Shown: positions 27,457-37,855, numbered from the stretch's first letter. The stretch: DNA of 64,000 bases from Deltaproteobacteria bacterium (GCA_020351915.1 CP070673.1:4235882-4299881), one strand, 5' to 3'. The notes: generated by a model from the sequence alone, not told the origin. Made by a program: numbers and translations.

Positions 27457-29397
27457 ATGGAATATGCCATGCTGAAACTATTGTTAAGCAAGATGCCCAA
27501 GCATAAACGACATCAGGTAGACCTTTATCTCTTAACTTTTTCCCTTTTTACAGTGTTGTTTACCCTAACAGGGTGTCAATCGGCTACCAAATATCGTCTC
27601 GATGCAGATAAGGCAGCTGCAAATATAATCCAGGAAAAGCAGATCCAGGCTCTAGGGAAGGCTGAAGCATTTAGCATTGAACGGCCCAGCGATACCCTTC
27701 GTGGTCGTCTTCTCATTGAACAGAACTTGCCATACTTCGGCAAGGCATCTCTAGGTGCGGATAAACTCAAGGCAATTGAGCACTGGCCGGAGAAGAATTA
27801 TCCGGCGGCAAACCCATCGCCTGACCGGATGTTGCTGCCGGAGGCTGACCAGCCGCTCAAAATTTCTCTGATGCAAGCATTACAGATCGGCGCTCGCAAC
27901 AATTTTGAGTATCAGACCCGGAAGGAGGATGTCTTTCGAGCAGCGCTGGAGCTTGATCTGGAACGCAACGAGTTCCGCCATACCTTTGCAGGTAAAATAG
28001 AAAGTTTGTACGAATCCGATTCTACCGGCAAGGATGCTGTCAGGGGAACCCAAAATAGCGCCGCGTTCGATTCAACTAAAACGCTGAAAACTGGAGCCAC
28101 ATTTACCACAGCGCTCGCAGTAGATCTGGTGAATCTACTCACACTGGGTGGCGCCTCATCGCTTGGTATTGTGGCGGATGCGACAATCTCAATTCCGCTC
28201 TTGAGAGGCTCCAGAAGACATATTGTGCTGGAGCCCCTTACTCAGGCTGAGCGCAATGTCGTGTATGCCATTTGGGAGTTTGGAAGATTCAAGAAGATTC
28301 TTGCGGTTAACATCGCAAAGGCATACCTGGAGGTGCTCAAACAACTCAGCGAGGTGGAAAACGCTGCACAAAACTACCGTAATCTAATAACCTCCACCCG
28401 TCGCACCCGGAAGATGGCCGACGCAGGACGGGTATCGGAAATACAGGTTGATCAATCCGTTCAGAACGAGCTGCGAGCTCACAACCGTTGGATCAGCACA
28501 CAAGAGTCCTACAAAAATGGATTAGATATACTTAAGCGCTCAATAGGGCTGCCTCCAGATGCAGAAATCGTGTTGGACAAGTCTGATTTGGACCGGCTGA
28601 TCGCATTAACATCAAATATCATGGCAGATATTACGACCGAAAAACCATTGAACTCGGGTAAAGGACCCGGACCACCCGATGCACCCATCGAGCTAGTCAA
28701 ACCAGGTGGTGAAGATGCCGGACCTTTGGAGATAGATTCATCTCTGGCAATAGCATTGGCACTTGAAAATCGACTCGATTTGCGGGTTGCTGAGGGGAAT
28801 GTTTATGATTCCCAACGGAAGGTCGTTGTTGCAGCAGATGCATTGCGTGCGGAGGTAACCTTGTTTGGAAGCGCCCAAATTGGTGAGTCAAGGTCGATCG
28901 CCACTGCAGATCTGGATAATGCCCGGCTCCGCACGGACAAAGGCATTTATTCCGCATTGTTGACCATCGACCTCCCGTTTGAAAGGACAGCAGAGCGAAA
29001 TGTTTACCGGAACAGTTATATCGCCCTGGAAAAATCTGTGAGGGAGGCGCAGATAGTGGAGGATGACATTAAACTCTCGGTTCGCAGGAAACTGCGCGAC
29101 ATGTATGAAGCCCGTGAGAGTCGCCGGATTCAGGCCATGGCTCAACTTGTTGCCGAAAAACGGGTAAGAAGCACAACATTATTTTTTGAAGCCGGGAGAA
29201 TTCCTATTCGAGATGTGCTTGAGGCACAGGAAGCGTTAATTAATGCTAAAAATGGTTTTACATCGGCTGTAGTGAACTACAGGATCGCTGAATTGGAATT
29301 CCAGCGTGATACGGGATTGCTGCAAATTGATGAAAAGGGGTTGTGGCAGGAATATCAACCTGAGACGGGAGGCCTTGAAGATGTCCGAGAGAAATAG
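27457..29397 (+). CDS. TolC-family outer membrane efflux lipoprotein
   Basis: The lipobox is LFTLTGC. A two-repeat OEP architecture is suggested by long coiled regions. At 646 aa it is long, with a Pro/Gly-rich insert (GKGPGPPDAPIELVKPGGEDAGP). Confidence 0.8.
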   Translation: MEYAMLKLLLSKMPKHKRHQVDLYLLTFSLFTVLFTLTGCQSATKYRLDADKAAANIIQEKQIQALGKAEAFSIERPSDTLRGRLLIEQNLPYFGKASLGADKLKAIEHWPEKNYPAANPSPDRMLLPEADQPLKISLMQALQIGARNNFEYQTRKEDVFRAALELDLERNEFRHTFAGKIESLYESDSTGKDAVRGTQNSAAFDSTKTLKTGATFTTALAVDLVNLLTLGGASSLGIVADATISIPLLRGSRRHIVLEPLTQAERNVVYAIWEFGRFKKILAVNIAKAYLEVLKQLSEVENAAQNYRNLITSTRRTRKMADAGRVSEIQVDQSVQNELRAHNRWISTQESYKNGLDILKRSIGLPPDAEIVLDKSDLDRLIALTSNIMADITTEKPLNSGKGPGPPDAPIELVKPGGEDAGPLEIDSSLAIALALENRLDLRVAEGNVYDSQRKVVVAADALRAEVTLFGSAQIGESRSIATADLDNARLRTDKGIYSALLTIDLPFERTAERNVYRNSYIALEKSVREAQIVEDDIKLSVRRKLRDMYEARESRRIQAMAQLVAEKRVRSTTLFFEAGRIPIRDVLEAQEALINAKNGFTSAVVNYRIAELEFQRDTGLLQIDEKGLWQEYQPETGGLEDVREK

Positions 29398-31195
29398 AGG
29401 TCAAAGGATATTTAAGAAAAAGGCTATTGTATTAGCAGCCACGGTGCTCGTGGCTGGTTTTGTTGTATTTACCGTGTCGAGGCTCATGACCTCAAAGGCG
29501 AACCTCGGTCCCGGAAGTGATCATCCGACCTTTACGGTCATGAGGGGGCCGCTCCGGATCAGCGTCATCGAGTCAGGCACGATAACGGCACGAAAACAGG
29601 TGGTAATCAAAAACGAGGTCGAAGGCAGGACATCCATCATATATCTCATTCCGGAGGGTACCCGTGTTAAGAAAGGACAACTACTGGTTGAGCTGGACGC
29701 CAGCAAGCTATTGGATGAAAAGGTGGATCAGCAGATACGGGTGAAGAATACGGAGGCGGCATTTGTTGGTGCCCGTGAAAACCTTGAGGTGGTTAGGAAT
29801 CAGGCGGAGGCTGATGTAGACAAGGCCCGGTTAGTTTACAATTTTGCCGTGGAAGACCTGAAAAAATACCTAGAGGGAGAATACCCCAATCAACTGAAGG
29901 AAGCGGAATCAAAGCTCACCCTTGCAAAAGAGGAAGTTACCAGAGCTCAGGAAAAGGTAGAATGGTCTCGAAGACTGTTTCAGGAAAAGTATATATCCAA
30001 CACCGAGCTAACGGCTGATGAGCTCACGTTAAAAAAGAATATCTTGAACCTTGAATTGGCAGAGAACGATCTGGACCTCCTAAAGAAATACACGCACAAA
30101 CGAAGATTGGCACAACTGGAAAGTGATGTTAAGCAGGCAAAAATGGCACTCGATCGTACCATTCGTAAGGCCAAGGCTGATGTGGTACAAGCAGAATCCA
30201 ACCTGGAGGCCAAGAAGGCCGAATTTCAGCGACAACAGGATAAGTTGAAAAAGATAGAAATACAGATTGAAAAGACCAAAATCTATGCGCCGAATGAAGG
30301 ACTGGTCGTACATGCCACCAGTGCTTCCAGCGGTGGACCCCCCAGGAGGAGAATGGTTCAACCGCTCGAAGAAGGCCAAGAGGTCAGGGAGCGTCAAGAG
30401 TTGATTCATCTTCCCACGACATCATCGGCTAAGGTCGAGGTGGCCATCCACGAGGCCAACCTGGATAAGGTTCGTGTCGGGCTCCCCGTCAAGGTTACGG
30501 TTGATGCAATTCCCGACGACACATTTTGGGGTAAGGTAGCGACGATTGCCCCCCTCCCTGACGCGCGAAGTGCCTGGTTAAATCCGGATCTGAAAGTCTA
30601 TAACACGGACATTTACCTGGAAAACAACAGCGATGCCCTCCGGACAGGAATGAGTTGCAAGGCGGAGATTATCATCGAACAGCACCAAGAGGCCACCTAT
30701 GTACCCGTTCAAGCTGTCCTGCGTGTTGGAGGAAGGCCTACGGTCCATGTTCTGAAAGGCAATAATCTCGAGCCCAGAACGGTTGAAATCGGCTTGGACA
30801 ACAACAGGATGGTCCGCATCATCGGTGGCTTGGAACCGGGGGAGGTCGTATCGCTCACACCACCTCTGGCGGCCGCAACCGTTGAACCTGCCGAGTATTC
30901 GGATGTCATCAAAACAGACATGATTCCACCGACAACCGGAACAAAACCGACTTTGGAAACGATTGGCAGAGGTGCAAGTTCAGAGAGGCGACCGGAAGAA
31001 AAAGAGGCCCGAGGAGGTATCCCTGGTAGCGGTGTAGATAGGGAAGGCAATCGGGCGCCGCGTGAACGCACACCAGAGCAGGAAGAAAAAAGGAAACAAT
31101 TCTTACAAAGCCTATCTCCGGAAGAGAGGGAACGATTTCGAAACATGTCACCCGAGGAGAAAAGAAGGTTTCGCAACGACCGTATGGGGAGTTAA
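29381..31195 (+). CDS. Efflux periplasmic adaptor (HlyD/MacA-type membrane fusion protein) with charged C-terminal tail
   Basis: I set the start at the ATG at 29381 (MSERNRG), which has GGGAGG upstream and overlaps the tolC-like stop by 17 nt. A TM anchor is followed by a long coiled-coil, a beta-barrel region (IYAPNEGLVV, VEVAIHEANLDKVRVGLPVKVTVDA) and a tail. Confidence 0.85.
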   Translation: MSERNRGQRIFKKKAIVLAATVLVAGFVVFTVSRLMTSKANLGPGSDHPTFTVMRGPLRISVIESGTITARKQVVIKNEVEGRTSIIYLIPEGTRVKKGQLLVELDASKLLDEKVDQQIRVKNTEAAFVGARENLEVVRNQAEADVDKARLVYNFAVEDLKKYLEGEYPNQLKEAESKLTLAKEEVTRAQEKVEWSRRLFQEKYISNTELTADELTLKKNILNLELAENDLDLLKKYTHKRRLAQLESDVKQAKMALDRTIRKAKADVVQAESNLEAKKAEFQRQQDKLKKIEIQIEKTKIYAPNEGLVVHATSASSGGPPRRRMVQPLEEGQEVRERQELIHLPTTSSAKVEVAIHEANLDKVRVGLPVKVTVDAIPDDTFWGKVATIAPLPDARSAWLNPDLKVYNTDIYLENNSDALRTGMSCKAEIIIEQHQEATYVPVQAVLRVGGRPTVHVLKGNNLEPRTVEIGLDNNRMVRIIGGLEPGEVVSLTPPLAAATVEPAEYSDVIKTDMIPPTTGTKPTLETIGRGASSERRPEEKEARGGIPGSGVDREGNRAPRERTPEQEEKRKQFLQSLSPEERERFRNMSPEEKRRFRNDRMGS

Positions 31196-31214
31196 TAAGT
31201 CATGGGGGCGTCCG

Positions 31215-31949
31215 ATGAATAACCCGGAGCCATCAAGATTTCATGAGGACATCGTCAGGCTGAAAGATGCCTATAAAATTTACCAGATGGGGAGGCAGGA
31301 AGTGAGGGCCCTGGCCGGTGTAACGATTTCCTTTGAGCGGGGCAGCTTCTGGGCCATCATGGGAGCGAGCGGCTCAGGAAAGAGCACCATGATGAATATC
31401 CTGGGCTGCCTGGACCGGTTGACCAAGGGAACCTATTTTCTTGAAGGGCATGATGTGAGCACCCTTGAGGATGATGCCCTTAGCGAGTTTCGGTTAAGAC
31501 ACCTGGGATTCATTTTCCAGAGCTTCAATCTCATCCCCCAACTGACCGTTCAGAGGAATATCGAGCTGCCTCTTTACTATCTGGGATGGGATTCTTCGCA
31601 AAGTGCCGAGCGTGCAAGAGAACTTGCTGGTAAGGTGGGGCTTGAAGCAAGACTGGATCACCGCCCCACAGAACTCTCCGGCGGTCAGATGCAGCGGGTT
31701 GCCATCGCAAGGGCCCTCGCAAACAATCCTCAGATAATTTTTGCAGATGAGCCGACGGGCAATCTTGATACTGCAACAGGCGAACAGATCATGGAGTTGT
31801 TGGTTGAGTTAAACCATCAGGGAAAAACCATTATTATCGTGACCCATGAATCCCACATTGCAGCCCATGCCCGCAAAAGGCTGTACATGAAAGATGGCAT
31901 CATTGAGAGGATTGGCGGAGAGGCTGATGAGACACACAACGCTCGTTAG
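31215..31949 (+). CDS. ABC transporter ATP-binding protein (MacB/LolD-type)
   Basis: Walker A is GASGSGKST, the signature is LSGGQMQRVAIARAL and Walker B is IIFADEPTGNLD. I set the start at the ATG at 31215, because the longer track ORF overlaps the adaptor gene. Confidence 0.9.
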   Translation: MNNPEPSRFHEDIVRLKDAYKIYQMGRQEVRALAGVTISFERGSFWAIMGASGSGKSTMMNILGCLDRLTKGTYFLEGHDVSTLEDDALSEFRLRHLGFIFQSFNLIPQLTVQRNIELPLYYLGWDSSQSAERARELAGKVGLEARLDHRPTELSGGQMQRVAIARALANNPQIIFADEPTGNLDTATGEQIMELLVELNHQGKTIIIVTHESHIAAHARKRLYMKDGIIERIGGEADETHNAR

Positions 31950-33195
31950 GGATATCTCGCTCGGCATTGAGAATTTACTGCTCCACAAACTTCGTTCATT
32001 CCTGACGATGCTGGGGGTTGTCTTTGGGGTGGGAAGCGTCGTAGCTATGCTAGCCGTAGGAGAGGGTGCTAGCAAGGAGGCCCTCGATCAAATCCGAAAG
32101 CTCGGGAGCAATAATGTCATCATAACGGCGGTCAAATCCGTGGAAGAAGAGACGACAAGCACAACCCAATCCTTCATGAGCATCTATGGGCTCACCTATG
32201 AAGACTATCGCAGGTTATCTGAAACCATGAAGACGATAAAGAAGACCGTGCCTGTTAAGCTCGTTCGCAAAGAAGGATTTCTGAAAGCACGGGTCCTTGA
32301 GCTTCGCGTTGTCGGGACCACACCCATATGGTTTGATCTGGTGCAGAGGCCCGTAATTGCTGGGCGTGTTCTCACAGGATCTGATGTGTATGACCAGGCC
32401 CCCGTAACGGTTCTCACCGAATATGGAGCCAGAAGACTCCTGGCAACCGATAGCACCATCGGTCAGACGCTCCGTATCGGTAGCGACGCATTCAAGATCG
32501 TGGGAATCGTCAAAAGCGAAGGGGGTGAAGCCGCAAATATCCAGCTGCCCGACCAGCAGGTAGATGCCTATATTCCCATCGATGTGGCACGCGTCTACTA
32601 CGGGGACATAAGCTTTCGACGCACCTCCGGCTCGGATGAAAGGGAGATGGTGGAGTTGCACCAGATTATCGTTCAGGTAGACCGCACCGAAAACGTTGAA
32701 TCCACCGCAAAGGGCATCGAAGAGATGCTGAAACGTTTTCACAACAAGAAGGACTATATCATTAGCGTCCCGCTTGCCTTGCTTCAACAGGCTGAGGCGA
32801 CGAAGCGGACCTTCAATATCGTTTTGGGTTCCATTGCCTGTATCAGCCTGCTCGTGGGCGGCATCGGTATCATGAATATAATGTTGGCCTCGGTAACGGA
32901 GAGAACCCGTGAAATAGGAATTCGGCGAGCGATTGGTGCCAAGAAGAAGCAAATCATCATGCAGTTTCTCATTGAAACTGTCGTGCTTTCTACGATTGGC
33001 GGGATAGTTGGGCTCGGCTTAGGGATTCTCATCCCAGCCTTGATAACGTATCTTGCAGGCATGCCAACCGTCATTACTCTTTGGGGCATCATATTACCCC
33101 TCTTTATCAGCGGCGCTATTGGTATTGTCTTTGGATTATACCCGGCCGCCCGCGCCGCAGAAGTTGACCCCATTATCGCGCTGAGGCATGAGTAA
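31927..33195 (+). CDS. ABC transporter permease, MacB-type (periplasmic domain plus FtsX 4-TM)
   Basis: The N-terminal TM (LRSFLTMLGVVFGVGSVVAML) is followed by a large periplasmic domain and a C-terminal FtsX-like region (ERTREIGIRRAIGAKKKQI). The start is either ATG 31927 or 31894. Confidence 0.85.
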   Translation: MRHTTLVRDISLGIENLLLHKLRSFLTMLGVVFGVGSVVAMLAVGEGASKEALDQIRKLGSNNVIITAVKSVEEETTSTTQSFMSIYGLTYEDYRRLSETMKTIKKTVPVKLVRKEGFLKARVLELRVVGTTPIWFDLVQRPVIAGRVLTGSDVYDQAPVTVLTEYGARRLLATDSTIGQTLRIGSDAFKIVGIVKSEGGEAANIQLPDQQVDAYIPIDVARVYYGDISFRRTSGSDEREMVELHQIIVQVDRTENVESTAKGIEEMLKRFHNKKDYIISVPLALLQQAEATKRTFNIVLGSIACISLLVGGIGIMNIMLASVTERTREIGIRRAIGAKKKQIIMQFLIETVVLSTIGGIVGLGLGILIPALITYLAGMPTVITLWGIILPLFISGAIGIVFGLYPAARAAEVDPIIALRHE

Positions 33196-33388
33196 CCAGC
33201 GTGCTTTTCAGGCTTCGTTCTAAGTGGGGGTCTTTGGTGAGCAGAGACACTGGAATTTGCAAAATTAAGGGATACTGCCCATACACATTTACGGCCAAGA
33301 CATGGCCGCTGCACTGGCGTGGCTTGGCAAGGTGTCGAGTGTGTCAAAAACTATAATAAAAAAGGTCAATCCGTCATCATAGTAGCAA

Positions 33389-34183
33389 CTATCCCACTGA
33401 TAAGGACATCAGATCAGCTGCCAAGACGAGATCTCCCTGATAGGTTCTCCGGCACTGAGCCTCAATGTCGGTTCTCAGACATTCTGGGTAAAAATGGGTT
33501 AAAAGAAGCCTCTTGGCCCCTGATTGTGTGGCTATGTTACCTGCCTCCGATGGGGTCAGATGTCCTGCCATCTCTTCTCCATCAGGGAAGGAAGATTCGA
33601 GGATCAAGAGATCTGCACCTCTTGCCAGATCTACAATTTCTCCACAGTAACCGGTGTCCGCTGAATACACAAGAGCTCTGCCCGAATTGTCTTCTATTCT
33701 AAAACCAATGCTCTGAGGGGTGTGGTTTACAGGCGCGGAAAGTATTCTGAATTTGTCAAATTCCTTCTTGTCGTTTTCGTCCGTTCTTAGTTCCACTATG
33801 TTCATGAGACCACCTGGAAGATCAAGCCAGGTTCCATAGGGCTTTTTCAAGAGCTTTAAGAATCGGTTGAATCCTTCAGGGGCTATAATGGTGAAAGGCT
33901 TTCTCTTATCGAGGATTGGGGGATACCGGGTGGCAAAGAAAAAGTGTATCAGATCAGCTGTATGATCTGGATGAAAATGACTGATGATTATATAGCCAAC
34001 ATCTTGGTATTTGAGGCCGGCAACTGCCAGTTGTCTAACTGTTCCCGGCCCTATATCCAGTAAAAGGAACAGATCCTCAACAAAAATGGCAAGAGACGGG
34101 GATGCTCTTTCAGCAAGAGGAACACTGGTGCCGGAACCTAAGACAACGATTTCCATAGACCGAACCAAGTCTGTTCTGATCAA
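33389..34183 (-). CDS. MBL-fold metallo-hydrolase (RNase Z / beta-lactamase superfamily)
   Basis: VVLGSGTSVP, LLDIGPG and the ISHFHPDHTADL (HxHxDH) motif support the call. The protein is 264 aa. Confidence 0.8.
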   Translation of the reverse strand: MIRTDLVRSMEIVVLGSGTSVPLAERASPSLAIFVEDLFLLLDIGPGTVRQLAVAGLKYQDVGYIIISHFHPDHTADLIHFFFATRYPPILDKRKPFTIIAPEGFNRFLKLLKKPYGTWLDLPGGLMNIVELRTDENDKKEFDKFRILSAPVNHTPQSIGFRIEDNSGRALVYSADTGYCGEIVDLARGADLLILESSFPDGEEMAGHLTPSEAGNIATQSGAKRLLLTHFYPECLRTDIEAQCRRTYQGDLVLAADLMSLSVG

Positions 34184-34333
34184 AATTGGAATAATGGAAT
34201 AACTGGTTCAAAAGGATTGTAGTTCTTTTATGTTTTGTCGTCTTCGAATATCCCATCCTTCCTTTTCTGAAGATGCAACCAGGTGACCAAACAGAGAGGA
34301 TATCTATATGTTGCAGAATTCCACGCCGTCTAA

Positions 34334-35509
34334 TCAGATCCCCCACCTCCCGGGGATTGGGGTGTTACAGAACTTACACCTGCCAGCGTTTAGGTTGAAT
34401 TCGCCAATTTCATAACCGATTCGCCTAATCAGAATCTTTTGGCAGTTGTGGCAGTAGGTATTGTATGCATCATGACCAGGCACATTCCCAAGGTAGACAT
34501 AATGAATCCCTTCCCTGAGGGCTATATTCCTCAGAAGTTCCAGGGTTTTCACTGGCGTTGCAGGCAGCCGGTCCAATTTATAATGGGGGAAGAAGCGCAA
34601 AAAGTGCAGGGGATAATCGGGCCCCAATTCCTTCAATATCCAGCCGCACATCCTTTTTGTCATCTCTGGTTTGTCAACATATCCAGGCACAACCAGGGTG
34701 GTCATCTCAAACCAGACCCCTTTCTCATGTAGCAGTCTAAAGGTATTCAGTACCGGCTGAAGTGTTCCGCCATTAAGCCTCCTATAGATGTCGTCATCGT
34801 ATGACTTCAGGTTTACGTTGGCAGCGTCTAGGTACTGGGCGAGATCCTCCAACGGCTTTCTGTTTATATAACCGTTTGAAACCAGAACATTCTTGATACC
34901 CTCTGCACTTGCAAGCTTTGCCGTATCATACATATACTCGTAATAAGAAATGGGTTCCGAATAGGTGTAGGCAATAGAGGGTATATTCTTTTCCTTGGTG
35001 ATCCTGACAACATCAGCTGGAAAGAGCTCATAGTGATTCACCTCTTCAGGTTTTCTCTGGGAGATCTCCCAGTTCTGACAGTTGAGACATCTGAAATTAC
35101 ACCCAGCAGCTGCTATTGAAAAAACCGAGGTGGCTGGGTGGAAATGGCTGAGGGGTTTTTTCTCAATGGGGTCAATATGAATAGCGCAGCGGTTTCCGTA
35201 GGCAACGGAGTAGAGCTTTCCCCCAATGTTTACCTTTGATCTGCATACACTCCGGTCCCCAGGTCTCAAATAACATCGGTTGGGGCATACCATACACTGG
35301 ACATCCTTCCCATTCGTCGTATAGTGGAATCCCTCAATCGACCACTTCCAAAGGTCCTTAGGGGCATCGTTTTTAAAAACATGACCCCTGATATCCTTCT
35401 TTTCCTCGTTCTTACCGCTCGGCCAGAAACAGTGCCCCTCTGTTGCTACGAAAAGGGATAAGAGTCCCATCTCTTTTAAGAATTCTTTCCTGCTTATATG
35501 TCGCTTCAT
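34334..35509 (-). CDS. AmmeMemoRadiSam-system radical SAM enzyme
   Basis: CMVCPNRC is the N-terminal Cys cluster and DPIEKKPLSHF follows. GCNFRCLNCQNWEIS supplies the CX3CX2C motif. AYTYSEP, VSNGYI, PLHFLRFFPHYKL and YVYLGNV match the family as I remember it. The N-terminus carries a Tat-like leader, SRKEFLKEMGLLSLFVA. Confidence 0.8.
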   Translation of the reverse strand: MKRHISRKEFLKEMGLLSLFVATEGHCFWPSGKNEEKKDIRGHVFKNDAPKDLWKWSIEGFHYTTNGKDVQCMVCPNRCYLRPGDRSVCRSKVNIGGKLYSVAYGNRCAIHIDPIEKKPLSHFHPATSVFSIAAAGCNFRCLNCQNWEISQRKPEEVNHYELFPADVVRITKEKNIPSIAYTYSEPISYYEYMYDTAKLASAEGIKNVLVSNGYINRKPLEDLAQYLDAANVNLKSYDDDIYRRLNGGTLQPVLNTFRLLHEKGVWFEMTTLVVPGYVDKPEMTKRMCGWILKELGPDYPLHFLRFFPHYKLDRLPATPVKTLELLRNIALREGIHYVYLGNVPGHDAYNTYCHNCQKILIRRIGYEIGEFNLNAGRCKFCNTPIPGRWGI

Positions 35510-35698
35510 TTCTCGCAGTGTCCGTTATTAGTTGTGGGTAGTCCGTCGGTCTGAATCGTTCCCCTTGTATTCCCTTCGGTTATGAAATGCCTGTTTTTCT
35601 TGAGTACACTATCTTTCGTGCCCTAAGGCCCTTTGTTTTTACATCAAAAACACGCATCTCGAAACATGGAACAATCAGCAATTTACATGCTCCCATTC

Positions 35699-37855
35699 CT
35701 ATGCTCTTAAAACTACCACGGTGCTTGCAGTCTTTACCAAGATTAGGCCTATAATAGCAGCCTGAACACCAAAAAGAGGGATCAACAAAGTTCCTATTGC
35801 AAGGGTACCAGCACCAGCGCCCACAAGGTCAGCGGCAAATAGGCCTGCTGCAGGACTTCTCTCTTCCCCTATTATCTCTGCAGCAACAGGGAACTGGAGC
35901 CCGCACAGCATGGAAAAGGTAAAACCATATAGCAAAAAAACAGGCTCAGGCATGCTGGACTGGGAGAAGGTTGCCCAAATCAGATACACAATAAGCAAGA
36001 AGATCATCCCAGCCTCTGCTCTTATGAGCATACCTTTACCACTTTTTTTCCACTTATTTCCAAGAATCGCACCAGGTAGAAGGCCAAGCAAGAATGAGGT
36101 AATTATAGCACCCACCTTGAGATAGACATAGCCATAAATGACCTGAAAAGAGAACAGAATTAACATCTCCACACCCATGGCAGCAAAGCCGGTAGAGAAA
36201 AGAAGGTATTCCTCCTTTCTCGTTAAAGATAGGTAGAGAAGAAGAACCCCCAATAGGCCGGCCATAAACCAATTGGGTGAGGTGCCATACTTCTTGAACC
36301 ATTCTTTGAACAGTATGTTAATAACCCTCGGCCGAAAGTCAGTGTTAGTAGACTCGGCCGGATCAATGGATTCATTGATAAACTTAATCCTCTCTTTGGT
36401 AACGTCTCCGTAATAAAATCCGTGGATATAGGAGGTGGCAATGGATCTTTTTTTTAGCTCTAGAGGGATATCAGCGGTAAGCTGGCCATCGCTTGCAAGG
36501 AAATAGATTTCTCTGCCAGGGATCAGGAGAACATTACGAAAGCATTGCTTAACGGTGTTGAAAATGGAGGACAATTTCTTGATTCTGACCTCTGATAAAT
36601 AGTTGGGATTTGCAATGAGAGAGAAAGAGAGGATTCCATCTTTCTCGAGAATCCTCTTGGTCTTTTCAAAGAACTCCTTTGTGTAGAATCGGTTTATCTG
36701 GAAGGTATCGGGCTCTGGCAGATCAACGATGACGGCTGAATATCGTTTGTTGGTATCAGTTATATATTTCCTTCCATCAGTTGGGATAATCGTAACCTTT
36801 GCTTTAGGGTTTAAAAGGCCAGATTGGGTTGCCACTCGTATTAACGTAGGATCTAACTCTACATAATCTAGGTGGCGAGGAGCGTATTTCAAGACCTCAT
36901 CGAAGGTTTCACCCATGCCCCCTGATACCAGCAAAACATCTTCAATTCTATCCAGTTGGCACAGGGGGTAATGGACCTTTTCCTCGGCAGCCGTAATATT
37001 GAAGGTGGAAAAAATAGGAGTCCCAGATTCCCAAAGAGTATATTCCTCCTTTTCTTTGGTTAATACTATTCTCCCATAGGGGGATTCCTGGTAGTCCGCA
37101 ATATTCGAGCCATACTGGTTAAAAAGTGTAGAAGGCTCAAAGCCTTGTCCAAAGGAGAAAACAAAAAAGGCAATAACGGGAAAAAGGGAAATCAGAAAAA
37201 TAAGGTATCTTTTTATACGTATAATAAGCAAAAGAGAAATGAGGATTAAAAGAAACGAGCTGATTGCTATTATTTTAAACGGTGTCAAGAAATATAATAG
37301 AATAAAGCTACACAAAACCCCGCCTGCAATATCGCCGATATTGTCAGTGATGTACAATTGCCCTGCAGTAAATTGTTCACCTCGAGCCTTTATGACAGCA
37401 AGTGAGTAGGGAAGAATAAAGCCAATTAAGAAGGCATACGGCGCACTGAGGGTCAGTATGTACAAAAAGATAGGATAAAAACCTGGAGATTCCCCATGAA
37501 TAAAGATGGTGTCTCTGAAAAGCCTTATTGCTGCTATCTGAATCAAAGGGAAAAGAGCTGTAACCAGGGCAATAATAGAGTAAAGGTTAATTGACTTCTT
37601 TGGAAAAAATCTTGATACAAGAGAGCCGAGCCCGCCTAACATAAGCCAGCAAAAAAGAACAAGGGAGATGGTGATCTCATTGCCTGAAAACTGTGAAAGA
37701 AATTCTCTAACCGTTATTATTTGAACGGCTATAGATGATATTCCGGTCGCAAAAACGGATACTATTATGAGACTGTTAGGATTCATGAGGTACCCGGTCC
37801 CGTGAAAAATCGATACCTTGGTGGGATCGTTATTATTTCGATTTTTCCTCCTCAA
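35699..37855 (-). CDS. Polytopic membrane protein fused to a spermidine-synthase-like (class I methyltransferase fold) domain
   Basis: About 7 N-terminal and about 6 C-terminal TM segments flank a soluble domain. That domain contains VLLVSGGMGETFDEVLKYAPRHLDYVELDP and AVIVDLPEPDT. The start is uncertain: TTG 37855 overlaps the upstream gene by 23 nt, and ATG 37786 (MNPNSL) is the alternative. Confidence 0.7.
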   Translation of the reverse strand: MRRKNRNNNDPTKVSIFHGTGYLMNPNSLIIVSVFATGISSIAVQIITVREFLSQFSGNEITISLVLFCWLMLGGLGSLVSRFFPKKSINLYSIIALVTALFPLIQIAAIRLFRDTIFIHGESPGFYPIFLYILTLSAPYAFLIGFILPYSLAVIKARGEQFTAGQLYITDNIGDIAGGVLCSFILLYFLTPFKIIAISSFLLILISLLLIIRIKRYLIFLISLFPVIAFFVFSFGQGFEPSTLFNQYGSNIADYQESPYGRIVLTKEKEEYTLWESGTPIFSTFNITAAEEKVHYPLCQLDRIEDVLLVSGGMGETFDEVLKYAPRHLDYVELDPTLIRVATQSGLLNPKAKVTIIPTDGRKYITDTNKRYSAVIVDLPEPDTFQINRFYTKEFFEKTKRILEKDGILSFSLIANPNYLSEVRIKKLSSIFNTVKQCFRNVLLIPGREIYFLASDGQLTADIPLELKKRSIATSYIHGFYYGDVTKERIKFINESIDPAESTNTDFRPRVINILFKEWFKKYGTSPNWFMAGLLGVLLLYLSLTRKEEYLLFSTGFAAMGVEMLILFSFQVIYGYVYLKVGAIITSFLLGLLPGAILGNKWKKSGKGMLIRAEAGMIFLLIVYLIWATFSQSSMPEPVFLLYGFTFSMLCGLQFPVAAEIIGEERSPAAGLFAADLVGAGAGTLAIGTLLIPLFGVQAAIIGLILVKTASTVVVLRA

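Noticed and set aside
29306-29380. N-terminal extensions of track ORFs (29306 for the adaptor, 31062 for the ATPase, 44129 for the RND adaptor, 48855 for the DsbD-like gene, 39149 for the AddB-like gene)
   Set aside because: The extensions overlap the preceding gene or start on non-ATG codons. In-frame ATGs preceded by SD-like sequences give N-termini typical of the families, so I trimmed the coordinates accordingly.
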